DNA of 64,000 nt from Neoechinorhynchus agilis (taxonomy: Eukaryota; Animalia; Acanthocephala), in NCBI GenBank assembly GCA_051530055.1, contig CM121341.1, forward strand, positions 11,138,784 to 11,202,783. The letters are read 5' to 3'. The notes under the pieces are model-generated. The model had not been told where the DNA came from and did no database searches. It worked only from the letters and a program-made list of their open reading frames with translations. Shown here one piece after another: positions 22,415 to 34,006 of the stretch (position 1 is its first letter; each line of letters opens with the position of its first letter). The position numbers and the translations under genes were made by a program.

Positions 22415-23614
22415 TTGCTGGTATTGATTTACAGATGATGGAGTAAACCACAATGCATTTCTGGTTGTTGGAATCCGCCAGTAATTTTACGCCATGTTAT
22501 CGTTCTCACCAATTACAAGAGTTCACAGGAAAATCGCTTCAAAACAATAACTTTTAATTTCTCTTACGTTTGTTACTGACGATAGATTATTCTTCCGTGT
22601 TGTCAACCAGCTTTTCTCGGAGGTTTTCCCTTATTGTTGTCTTATTCTTTAGTTTCATTAATGCTGCTTAGATGCAAACTATCACGCTTTTGAACTTATT
22701 GGTTTTTAATGTATCATCAGCATTCTTATAAATTTGCACCGATTTAATTTTCTTTAATTTATTATTCAGAAAAGGAATACTGGATGCAACAGGGGATAAG
22801 GATAAGCATAAAATCGTGCCTCTATCAAGGTTGCTTGTAAGTCTTTTTCAACTCTTAATAAACGCGTACAAGATTTGCCTTCGAAAGCAATCGGAACCAA
22901 AATTCCTTTAATTTTTACGCCATAAACAAACACCAGAATAGTGCAATGTTCCAACAAACAATGATTGTTTGCCTCGGAAACATGAAGGAATTTTGGTTAA
23001 ATCCGGTGAATCCTCAAACACTTCGACCAAGAAAAGGTAAAATAGCTAAGACCTTTTTGATCAAACACCAAATATTCTTTTCCCGATTTCAAGCTGTCTT
23101 TCAGAATAAAGTTGCGAAATGGCTATCCAAGGAATGCCACTAATTATTTGCTTTTTTTCTATACGGCGAGTTTTTCCCTCGTCGAGATTATTTGAAACTT
23201 ACAAACAATACTTGATAAGGAGGTTGAGGCCTCGAAAATTTGCATGTTTACAAATAAATCTTCTAGTGAAAAACTCACCGTATAGAGAAAATGAACTGAG
23301 CCCCTCGAAGGAAAAACTCAATCGAACTAATTAGTTTCTAGCGAGTATTATTTGTCGGTATGTGACAACGGTAAACAGTTTGTTTCATTAACTTCTAAGT
23401 ATTGTTTATCTTTGCTCAAAAATCTTAAGTATCTTGGGAACAATCGTGCTTTTTCGCATTGCGAATTTGCGTTCAAAGCACCTTTAATGGATTTTTTGCA
23501 AAACGTTCAACTCCAACAATTTGAGTTTTGATTTTTGTGTGTAACAGTCACATTTTGTATGTTCGCATGATCTCAGACCAAATTGATTAATCTTTCTTTG
23601 AATTTGTTTTTTAG

Positions 23615-24033
23615 ATGAGATATCATCGGAGCCGGCGTTATCGTTACGGTGACTCGCCTTCTCGTCCTCGCTCCCGAGTTTCTAGTCGGAAACGAGCACA
23701 TAGGGCGCAAAGTAGCGAGTCCTCGATTGACGGAATACGCCGTCGATGTGGCACGACAGGGGACGATACCCGGAATCGCAGTGGACGCATGAAAAGGTTT
23801 TATGGGGAAAATTGGGGTGGAGATGGAAGGGAATTTAGGGAAAATTGGTGTCGTAATGATATTAGCCGAGGGGATCCGATCAATGGAAAATGTCGAAGAC
23901 AAATTAATCTTATTCAGGAAGAGCAATCATGTGATAATGAACGGAAGCCGAGTCCACCAAGGGATTCGAGGTACAGCGGACGGTCGTCCAAGAGAACGAA
24001 CCGAAGGGATGGAAATAGTCGAAAAAGGAGAAG
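23615..24033 (+). CDS. Arg/Ser-rich exon; candidate alternative N-terminal exon of the CLK kinase
   Basis: ATG directly after TTTTTTAG and RS/RD-rich translation. A strong GTGAGT donor at 24034 in phase 2 matches the phase of the CLK acceptor at 29569/29570. Confidence 0.55.
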
Positions 24034-24605
24034 GTGAGTAACATGTTTAAACTGAAATTTTCATTTTTTTAACTTAACTAATTTTAGAGAATTGGTGGCT
24101 AAAAAGCAATCTTTTCCTTGCTTTTAAAAAACTTTTAAAAATGTTCTGAATTCTTTAATAAGCAGAATTGTTTTTTTATAAACTACATTATTCACTTGTT
24201 CTCGTAATCGTGGGATAAAAACAATTTCCCTTTTCGTCACTCTTTTTTTCGAATATTCTTCAATTCTGTGAAAGTTGGCGTTTCAATGATGAGATCTATA
24301 GAAGATTTTTCACTTTTTATATTTCCCATTTTATTTCTAGAACTTTTCCCTACAGCAAATACCATAATTATGAAACTCGCTCATCATTAATTCTTAACGA
24401 TTTTCGCCTTTTATCGTTTTTCGACCTACTCGTTGTTGCTCTTGTGAGATAGGGGAAGTGGGAGGACTTGATGAATATGTTCACACAGATGACTTCTATT
24501 CCGCTAATGTTTGATAAACACTCACTTCACTGACACTCTTCTACGACTCTTCTACCCGCCTTGTCACAAGTTGCGCTATTGATGGTTTTCTCGCCAGTTA
24601 CAAAT

Positions 24606-24867
24606 TCAGTCGTAACGCTTCATCCTTTGGGCTAATATCAATCTTAAAATTCCACCTGGGAGGGCACATTCGAAATCAGGATACCAATGCCTGATTTGTT
24701 TGTACAAACACTCCAATTCAGGTTTTTGTGAATATCGATGTTTCACTAATATCAGAATTTGTTTCAAGTTTTCTTTATTTTAAATTTCAGTGCTGATTTT
24801 GTATCTAAAAAACCAAACTCGGGATCAACAATTTTATATTTCCGTTCAATGACGTCACTAAAGTTAG
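24606..24867 (-). other. Candidate small coding segment needing one -1 correction
   Basis: After CACTAACTTTAG| the frame reads DVIERKYKIVDPEFGFLDTKSALKF. An adjacent frame continues NKENLKQILILVKHRYSQKPELECLYKQIRHWYPDFECALP. The switch falls at an A4 run near 24780. Confidence 0.25.
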
Positions 24868-25334
24868 TGTTTTTATTTCAAAAAGATTTTCGCCCCTTGT
24901 CATCATTTCGTTCGTAAAATATACTCGTCTCTCTCCTCTCTTTCTCTCTCGCTGCGGACCAAACTTCAAAAAACTCTAAAACGCCGCAATCGTTGTACAT
25001 TTATTATACATCAAAAAAGCTCAAATGTCCCAACAAATTAGGTACCTTTCTCGTATCCCATTTTGAGCGATCACTTTTCACAATCCGCCTTCTTTGCCCC
25101 ACTTCAGCATTTCTAGTACGCTAATTCGTCTATCAAACACACACGAACCCCACACGTTTCATGACGTCACGTCCTGGTCGCAGCGTGTCCACGCGAATAA
25201 ACATTAAAACGCATGCGTGAATTCGTATGCATTTAAGAGACACGATTCGTGCGAGCTGATTCTCAACTCATCCACACAGACATTCTCTTCCGCTGCTCCG
25301 ATGATCCCAACCAAAATCGTAAAGTTTTGATTTG

Positions 25335-26552
25335 TCCACTTTTGCCACAAATTTAGCTTTTTATTCGAAGCTTTCTAGTTCCATAAGTTTTAGTCGGGGG
25401 TTTTTCTACTACTTTTCCATCGATTTTTTGAAAGTCTTACTCAGTGACGTCAGAGTTTTTAAGCAAAATTATCGCTGTTTATGGCGGAGAAATTGTAGGA
25501 ATTTTATTAAGCTCGCCATAAACAAATTCAATCTTCAAACAAAATTATCGCTTAAATGTCGTCTATCGTTATGATAGTGACGTCATTCCACTTTTGCCAC
25601 AAATTTAGCTTTTTATTCGAAGCTTTCTAGTTCCATAAGTTTTAGTCGGGGGTTTTTCTACTACTTTTCCATCGATTTTTTGAAAGTCGTACTCAGTGAC
25701 GTCAGAGTTTCTAAGCAAAATTATCGCTGTTTATGGCGGAGAAATTGTAGGAATTTTATTAAGCTCGCCATAAACAAATTCAATCTTCAAACAAAATTAT
25801 CGCTTAAATGTCGTCTATCGTTATGATAGTGACGTCATTCCACTTTTGCCACAAATGTAGATTTTCATTCGAAGCTTTCTAGTTCCATAGGTTTTAGTCG
25901 GGGGTTTTTCTACTACTTTTCCATCGATTTTTTGAAAGTCTTACTCAGTGACGTCAGCGTTTTTAAGCAAAATTATCGCTGTTTATGGCGGAGAAATTGT
26001 AGGAATTTTATTAAGCTCGCCATAAACAAATTCAATCTTCAAACAAAATTATCGCTTAAATGTCGTCTATCGTTATGATAGTGACGTCATTCCACTTTTG
26101 CCACAAATGTAGATTTTCATTCGAAGCTTTCTAGTTCCATAGGTTTTAGTCGGGGGTTTTTCTACTACTTTTCCATCGATTTTTTGAAAGTCTTACTCAG
26201 TGACGTCAGAGTTTTTAAGCAAAATTATCGCTGTTTATGGCGGAGAAATTGTAGGAATTTTATTAAGCTCGCCATAAACAAATTCAATCTTCAAACAAAA
26301 TTATCGCTTAAATGTCGTCTATCGTTATGATAGTGACGTCATTCCACTTTTGCCACAAATGTAGATTTTCATTCGAAGCTTTCTAGTTCCATAGGTTTTT
26401 GTCGGGGGTAATTCTGCTACTTTTTCATCGATTTTTTGAAAGTCTTACTCAGTGACGTCAGAGTTTTTAAGCAAAATTATCGCTGTTTATGGCGGAGAAA
26501 TTGTAGGAATTTTATTAAGCTCGCCATAAACAAATTCAATCTTCAAACAAAA
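25335..26552. repeat. 252-bp tandem satellite, about 4.8 nearly identical copies
   Basis: TCCACTTTTGCCACAAAT recurs at 25335, 25587, 25839, 26091 and 26343. Each full unit has two TGACGTCA and an internal hairpin TTTATGGCG...CGCCATAAA. Confidence 0.97.
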
Positions 26553-27509
26553 TAATCGTTATAATTAATAATGAAGTCATTAAATCTCAAATTTTTTCAA
26601 CGTTTGGACTATGCATTCGGTCTCGGATTTAGTTAGGATTTTCTTCGTGTACATCCGCGTCATCAGTATGTCAGTCGTCGACACAGTTTTCCCTTTAATT
26701 TTTGTGCTCATCTACATGAACGCGCGTTTTCATGTTTATATTCTTTTTTAGTCTTTTCCGTATGACCTTTCATGAATGCCACACTAAACCAGACGCATTA
26801 AGTCTATAATATTACGTCGCTCCCGCCATCTTCAGCTTCTCCTTTTTAATCTCATTTAAACGACGGCCACTTTGTTCCAAAAAAAAGATTTTTTTTCAAA
26901 GTCAGCGTCGAACTCTCGACCTTTCAACAATGTGAGTTTTCTTTTCCCTATTTTCACTGGCGACTCTAGGAAACGTCTACTTTAAGAAACACATTTTACA
27001 CCAGTAGGTTTTTCTCAAAAATACAATCGTCTACATTTAATGGCGCGACATATTGGTAGGCTTATTAACTATTTTTTGGTGGATAATTAAACGTTTTGCG
27101 GATCCATCTCCGATAAGCGTAGGCTCAGACGTGACCAAATCGATTTAAGTGGCTCGCTAAATACACTTTCAACGGTGCTAAAAGAAAATGATGTTGTCTA
27201 AGAGAGATAACGATTTTGAAGTGTACAAATCGAATCTGAAACATTCACCTTAATTCGAATTATGTGACTATTCATGTAGTTACGTTTTGTGGGCTTTTTA
27301 AGCGTTTGACAAGCATGTTACGTGCAGTGAGTTTTGATGCTCTTTCGCTGATAGAAAAGATGTTTCTCGTCTTTTCGCTTGTAATTTGCAATATTCGTGT
27401 TGGACAATTAGTAAAATTTAACCCTCTTTTATATACTTTTTATTACTCAGTTAAATGCTTCAATGTTGTTGTTTTTCTTTCTTTTTGTTAATATTTTGTC
27501 AGATTTGGC

Positions 27510-27960
27510 AATGACCAGTACGATTAGTGGAAAAAGACGAACTTTTAACATATTTAACGACACAAACGCTCTTTTTTCTCCTTCTTTACAATTTTGATAA
27601 CCACCACCATGACAACGACCGGAATTGGGCTACGACTAGTACGATTATTGAAAGAGGACGAACTTTTAACATTTTCACGACGAAAACGCTCTTTTTTCTC
27701 CTTCTGTATATTATTGTCCACCACCATGAGTGAGATTTGGCTACGACCGGTAAGATTATTTCCGTTTTTCACGGCACAAACGCTCTTTTTTTCTCCTTCT
27801 GTATAATTTTGATAACCACCATGGCCACCATGACGACGACCGGAATTCGGCTACGACGAGTACGATTAGTGGAAAAAAGACGAATTTTTAACGTGTTTCA
27901 CTGCGCAAATGCTCCTTTTTTCTCCTTCTGTATAATATTGTCCACCACTACGACGACGAC
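27510..27960. repeat. Degenerate tandem repeat of about 110-120 bp, roughly 4 copies
   Basis: AGTACGATTA(G/T) and AAACGCTCTTTTTTCTCCTTCT(G/T)TA motifs recur at regular spacing. Confidence 0.85.
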
Positions 27961-28484
27961 CGAGATGGTCAATTTCTTTAAAGCTTTTGGTTTTTGATTT
28001 GTTTCAAAGCGTTCTATGAACGAGAGAGGTCACGACATCGATATCGTTATGCGTATGACACTTTTGCGCTTAGACTATAAGCACATCATCTCTCGTTTGT
28101 TCGTATGTAGTGCCAGTGTTCTCATAGTTTGTGTGCGTAGACCAGGATCCTCCTCTGGTAGTCGTTTTCGGCTGAGGGAGATCAGACTGTTGCCATCAGA
28201 GCAGCAGCATCAGCATCAGCACTTATAGCGTGTTACAGCTGCGATGGGAGCGTCGAGCGCGTTAGGTTCCCACGCTTAGTGTATGCACTCTGCTAATGGT
28301 GCACAGAAGTGTCAGAAGAGGTGATCACTCACACACACTGCGATGAGCATAGAAGAAGAGCAAACGAAGAGACGAAAACATTCTTGTGTTAGAGAGAGTA
28401 CGCGCAACCTCATAAAAACTTAGATGCTTCCACCACAAACACCCGCCGCTTCTTAACGCGCGTCCGTCTGTATGAACGTACACA

Positions 28485-31110
28485 ATGCCGCCACAACTTT
28501 CTACCACTACCACCAACCGGAATCAGGCGGCGACGGCGGCCTTCAATAGCCACTATCATCAGCCGAGCTCATACGCCTCAAACCGACCAGTCTGGTGCTA
28601 TGTAAACTCACCAAGCCAACTGGCAAGGAAGTACGCAAGCATTGCACCTGTTTGGTGCCATATTACTAAGGACGGAATGTTCATTCATCAAGGCCTAACG
28701 TCTGAACAGTCCGCAATAAACCAAGACAACTCAAGTCAAAGTATCAGTCTCAGTACCCTTCTGCTGCCACGAATTCCATTTCAAATAAAAAACAGCCACA
28801 AAATGAACCTGAACCTAGTATTAACAACGATCACAAGGTGGTGACTTCACCCACAGCCCCTTCTACGAATCGACAACCAAGTCCGATTTTATCCGCCGCT
28901 AGAAGACGGGCTAGGATTGACCATCTTAAAGAACTAGTTTTCAATACCGAAAACTTACCGGACACTACGTCACAAGTCAATCGGATTCCCATATCTTCTT
29001 CGGCCTACTTTCCATCAGCGGTCAATACGAACACAAACCACTCAGCAACAACTCTCCATCCGTCCGCTTCAACCTCTACCGTTCTGACTTCTACCGTTGT
29101 TCCGTCGTCCCAAAACACAACCATCACTGCTGCTACTGGTAACGGCACCTCGAGCTCGGCGCAAGCTGCTGCAAAGAGGAGAATCAGAAAATATTTGATG
29201 GCTAAAGGTGGTGGCAGTGGTGCTTCTACAAAGATACAATCGCCTGCATCCGGGTCGTTGATCGGTATCAGCGGTGGTCCACCGGGCAGTGGTAGTGCGT
29301 ACCATCTACATCACCTAACGGAACCAATGCTTTCATCTCTTCCCAGTCTGTCTGAAAAATACGGGCTAACCGGTGGTGGAAGCGGTATTTTATACGGCAC
29401 TGCTGGAAACAGGTGTGGATCTTGTTGCGCTCTAGTTTCTTACGTCACATTTTGCTTTGACCAGCGTATTTGACTCAAAAAATCATCATTTTCTATTTTT
29501 TTCTTTCTACAAGCTTGTCGTTTTTTCGTCTCAATAGCACGAACGCACCTTAACGTATCTTCAATTTAGTCGACGCCATTTACTGACCAGTGAAAGTTTC
29601 AGGAATGTTCCGAATGGAACCAGTAACCGGACGGGTGGATACGAGCATCACCACCACCAGCCGCATCAGCAGCAGCGTTACATAGGTGGCGCTTATTTCC
29701 AGAGTTCTCGAAAACTGCGTAAATCCCCTAATGGCCGTCATTCTTCTTCATCTCCAATTCCGCAGACAAAGAGTACTTACCGTCGTCAGATTCCGATTCC
29801 ATACCCTCGGAGAGATATTGGGCGCTTTCAACCGATCGATCTATCATCGTCTCCACGAGTCGCACAACCTCAAGTGCGGGATGATGAGAATGGACATTTG
29901 TTGTTTTCGCCCGGTGATCTTATTCAATCTCGATGTGAGTGTTAGTGTTTCTCTCTCTCGATGTATGCTCTGTTCGGTTCTAGTAACGTTTTTTATTTAG
30001 ATGAGATAAAACGGACACTGGGTGAAGGTACATTTGGTCGTGTTGTGGAAGTTCGGGAAAAGTACCAGTCTCCTTCAACAGCGCCGATGCCTCCAAAACG
30101 AATAGCTCTCAAGATTATTAAGAGTATATCAAAATACCGTGAAGCAGCTCGACTCGAGGTGAATGTGTTAAATAAACTTCAAGAGCTTGATCCACAAGGC
30201 AAATACCTGTGCATAAACATGCTCGACTGGTTCGACTACCACGGTCACGTGTGTATCGCTTTTGAGATGATGGGTCTTAGTGTTTTTGAATTCCTAAAAG
30301 ACAATAACTACATTCCATATTCTTTGAGCCAAGTAAGGCACGTCGCCTATCAGCTGTGCCATGCTGTGAATTTTCTTCATGATAACCGTTTAACACATAC
30401 TGACCTAAAACCTGAAAATATCCTTTTTGTCGATTCCAGCTACGATACGGTCTACAACAGTCGCCGAAGACGAGACGAACCGGGTGGTTCGAAGGACTGA
30501 CATAAAACTAATTGATTTTGGATCGGCTACTTTTGATTGGGAACATCACAGCACTGTAGTGAGCACAAGGCACTATCGCGCACCGGAGGTCATCCTTGAA
30601 CTCGGATGGTCTCAACCCTGCGATGTGTGGAGTGTTGGTTGTATTATTTTTGAACTTTATGTCGGTTATACTCTCTTTCAAACCCACGAAAATCGAGAAC
30701 ATCTTGCTATGATGGAACGAATCCTAGGGAAAATCCCATATAGAATGATCAAAGCCACAAGACGAACCAAATATTTCTCAAGGGGGGAACTAGATTGGGA
30801 CGAACGATCAGCTGCTGGTCGATATGTACGAGAAAATTGCAAACCATTGAAAAGGTACATTCTTGAAGATAAACACGAACACGTTCTTCTTTTCGATCTT
30901 ATCGCAAGAATGCTTGAGTATACTCCACAGGACCGAATAAACCTCACAGATGCTCTTAAGCACGAATTCTTCGATGACCTGCGGCCTGAACATAGATTCG
31001 AACCAGCAAGTACCCGTCGAAACGAGCCTCACAATAGCGGAACCGTTAATGCTACAAATAATGACGATGGCACAGACACAAGATTGTCCATGGAAGACCG
31101 AAGCAATTGA
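28485..31110 (+). CDS. CLK: CLK/Doa (LAMMER family) dual-specificity kinase with a long low-complexity N-terminus
   Basis: Proposed exons 28485-29412, 29570-29934 and 30001-31110. [17 protein letters not shown]|[40 protein letters not shown], and the signature [11 protein letters not shown]. One-base frameshifts near 28757 and 30481. Confidence 0.92.
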
Positions 31111-32009
31111 AAGATTCGTCGACCAAATGTATATTTTGGATCAGTCATCGCGAGCGAGAGAGAGTCTACATTATTATGCGAAAAAGTCATGAACAATGCT
31201 CGCTGTGTGTGGTGAATTATTCTTTTAGAGAAATTTCGGAGTACTCGGAACTTTTGCCCTATCCTTTATTTACGTTATTTTAGATTATAAAAAAATTGCA
31301 AATGGGAACACGCCACTTCATTTTCTAAGATTTTTACTGGTCCGCCATGAACGAAATCCGCATAGAACCTAAAGAAAATTGCTACACACGCTGAAATTTA
31401 ATCGCGATCAATCAAGAGACAATTTTTTGAAAGCCGGTTTTGGACGCCTTCAAACAATTCCGAAAAAATTATATCCATTTTTACTAGCGCAAATCCCGTA
31501 CATTTTCGAATTTTAGTGTCTTTCATTTTTTTCTATGCAAAATGAAAACGAGTTATCTGAAATTGCTATCGACATAATATAAATGTCCGATTCCCATATA
31601 AAGAGAAAAGAATTACGTAAAAACGGTTTTTCATTTTTTACCCTATAAGCGCAACATTTTAAAAGTGCATTCAATTTTTATTTCGTGTCTGCAACATGAC
31701 TTTTTGTTTGAAGCGTAAATCCAGTTCATCGCAAATTTTTTTTCTAGCTTTTTCCCAATAAAATGAAGTTAGGTAATCTGAAATTGTTATTGAGAAGCCC
31801 AAAATGTTCGATTTCCATTTAAATGTTAAATAATCAAGTGAATAGTGCGTTTTAATTTTTCAGCAAATAATTAGAAATTCTAAAAAGTGCATTCAATTTC
31901 TATTTTGTGTTTGCAACTTGACTTTTTGTTTGAAGCGTATATCCAGATTATTTTAATATTTCAGGTCTTTTATGTTTTTTCGCACTTGGAATGAAATTTA
32001 TATAACACG

Positions 32010-32494
32010 TTAGATCATTCACACCACCGCTCTGGATCACTCAGCTTCTTTCCTGCTGTAACGGTCGAATGGAAGGGAGGCAGCGTTCCCTCGTTGAAGG
32101 GGCAGACTTATGTTTTGTAGGAGGATGCTCCTGCGCTCAGGTCGCCAGTGAATCGGCTCAATCTCTTCGACAATTGCTTGACCAGGTCCTGCGCCGCGAT
32201 ACCAAACGAGCGGAGCGTCTCGATGCCAAAGGAAACAAAATAATGATTTCGATTCAAGTCCCTGTATTTTGTCCTTTTGCGTTCCTCACCGGCGGTTACT
32301 GCTCCCTCTCCGGTTTAATAGTGGCGAATTTTATGTTGCTGGCTGCGAGCGTGTCCACGAACGTGGCGGCCCAGAGAGGGCATTTGGCTACCTACCGTCC
32401 GGTCTACGGCGGCCATCGAGTCGGCAAAGATTGCTCGGCTCTAGGATGTTGGGCGCATTCACAGTATTCAGGGCACCACTAAGAGCACTGCGTT
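32010..32494 (-). mobile_element. 3' fragment of a CRE-like non-LTR retrotransposon, cut by the gypsy insertion
   Basis: Minus strand reads LEPSNLCRLDGRRRPDG...VDTLAAS...RKRTKYRDLNRNHYFVSFGIETL. Homologous to 6818-7119. Confidence 0.85.
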
Positions 32495-33812
32495 TGTGGT
32501 AGCCATATAACAACTAGTTTTTATTCGAAGTCCGCCTTCCAACTAGCACAGGCTATCTATATATGTGTGTGGTCCGAATCGATATTCAATGCGACACACA
32601 TACTTTTATGTGTATCGCATGGATCGATACTTTGCGTGCATCACAACTTATCTTTCCCTTCCTTTTTAGGAATCATATCGCGGGTGTTGTTTACGTTCCC
32701 TCGATCCCCATCTTGGAAATGTTATTGATGGGTTTGTTTGTTCTGTGTCTTCCACTTCAGTGCTCCCGGCTTCTTGACCTTCCTGTCCATGACTTAGTTG
32801 TGATCTATTCTGTTCCTTCGCACATGCTTCTCCTACCGATCTTTTCCTTATATCTGAAGCGTCTTCTCAAATTGACACCTTGACTTTCGACATTGTATGA
32901 AGTCCGAGCAATTCTATTCGATACTCTTCCTTCTTTCCACGAGTTTGAGCTGCGACCGCAAATCCACACACTATCCGAAGGTTTGAACACTCTAATTTCC
33001 GATCGAGCGTCGTGTTTGGATTTTTGTATATTTCGTCTCCTGCTTATAGTCGATCGTAAATTCGGACGTATACGATCAAATACGGTCTTCAACCGCCGTC
33101 CAAGTAATGTCTCAGCTGGTGTTTTTTGGCTAGTGTTGTGTGGTGTATTCCAGTAACTTAAAAGAAATTGGTGAATTGAGAGCGTATTTTTGTACTGATC
33201 GTTTTTGACGTGTACTCGTCTCTTGAAAGTTCCGATGAATCTACCAAACTGTTGGTTTGAGGATGGTAGATAGATGAACTGATATGCCTTATCCCATTTG
33301 TTGAACAAAACTGTTTAAATTGTGCGGACTGAAAGGGTGGGCCATTGTCAGATATGATTTCGGCTGGGACTCTGAATCGCGCAAAAACGGATCTTAATTT
33401 GTCGATGGTTTCGAATGCAGATGTTGAGTGTCTTGGAAAAATCTCCGGCCAGTGGCTATACGCGTCTATAAGCACTAGAAACGATTGTCCATTGATTGGT
33501 CCCGCAAAATCCAAATGGATTCGGGTCCACGGTTCCTCTGGCACGTCCCATTGGTACATCGGAGTTTCTGCTTCATCTAGTCTCCTGCTCTGGCAGTTCA
33601 CGCACGTTCCCAACTTGTGCTCGATGTCCTCTCGTATGGATGGCCACCAACAATAATACCTTGCTAGGTCTTTCATTGCTGTTATCCCGGGCTGTCCAGT
33701 ATGTAAGACATCAAGTGCTTTATACCTCAATGCCTGGGGGATTATAGGGAGCTGCAACCATAGAATGACTCCGTCCTCTACTGAAAGCTCTTGTCTGCGA
33801 AACGAATATTGG

Positions 33813-34006
33813 TTCAATTTAACTTAGCGATAATCACTCAGAAAATTGATTTATATTGAAAATTTTCGGCCTTTTCGTTGGCCTTCTTCAGTCAGATCTA
33901 CAATGTTTAAGGCCAACGAAAAGGCCGAAAAAATTTTCAATATAAATCAATTTTCTGAGTGATTATCGCTAAGTTAAATTGAAACAATAATGATTAATTT
34001 CTTTAC
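33813..34006. mobile_element. 194-bp hairpin insertion with an 11-bp target-site duplication, inside the gypsy pol
   Basis: ACGAATATTGG at 33802-33812 and 34007-34017. Removing the insert and one copy restores ...PPELHQYSFRRQELSVEDGV. 33813-33983 is a near-perfect palindrome. Confidence 0.9.

Noticed and set aside
25335-26552. Idea that the 252-bp array is a tandem SL RNA or U1 snRNA gene cluster (minus strand has GA|GTAAG and AAATTTGTGG)
   Set aside because: The Sm-like site is intact in only two units, there is no U1 5' end (ATACTTACCTG), and such words are common in AT-rich DNA. An Infernal scan would settle it.
25335-27960. CRISPR-like interpretation of the tandem arrays
   Set aside because: Units repeat along their full length with no unique spacers, there are no cas genes, and the context is eukaryotic.
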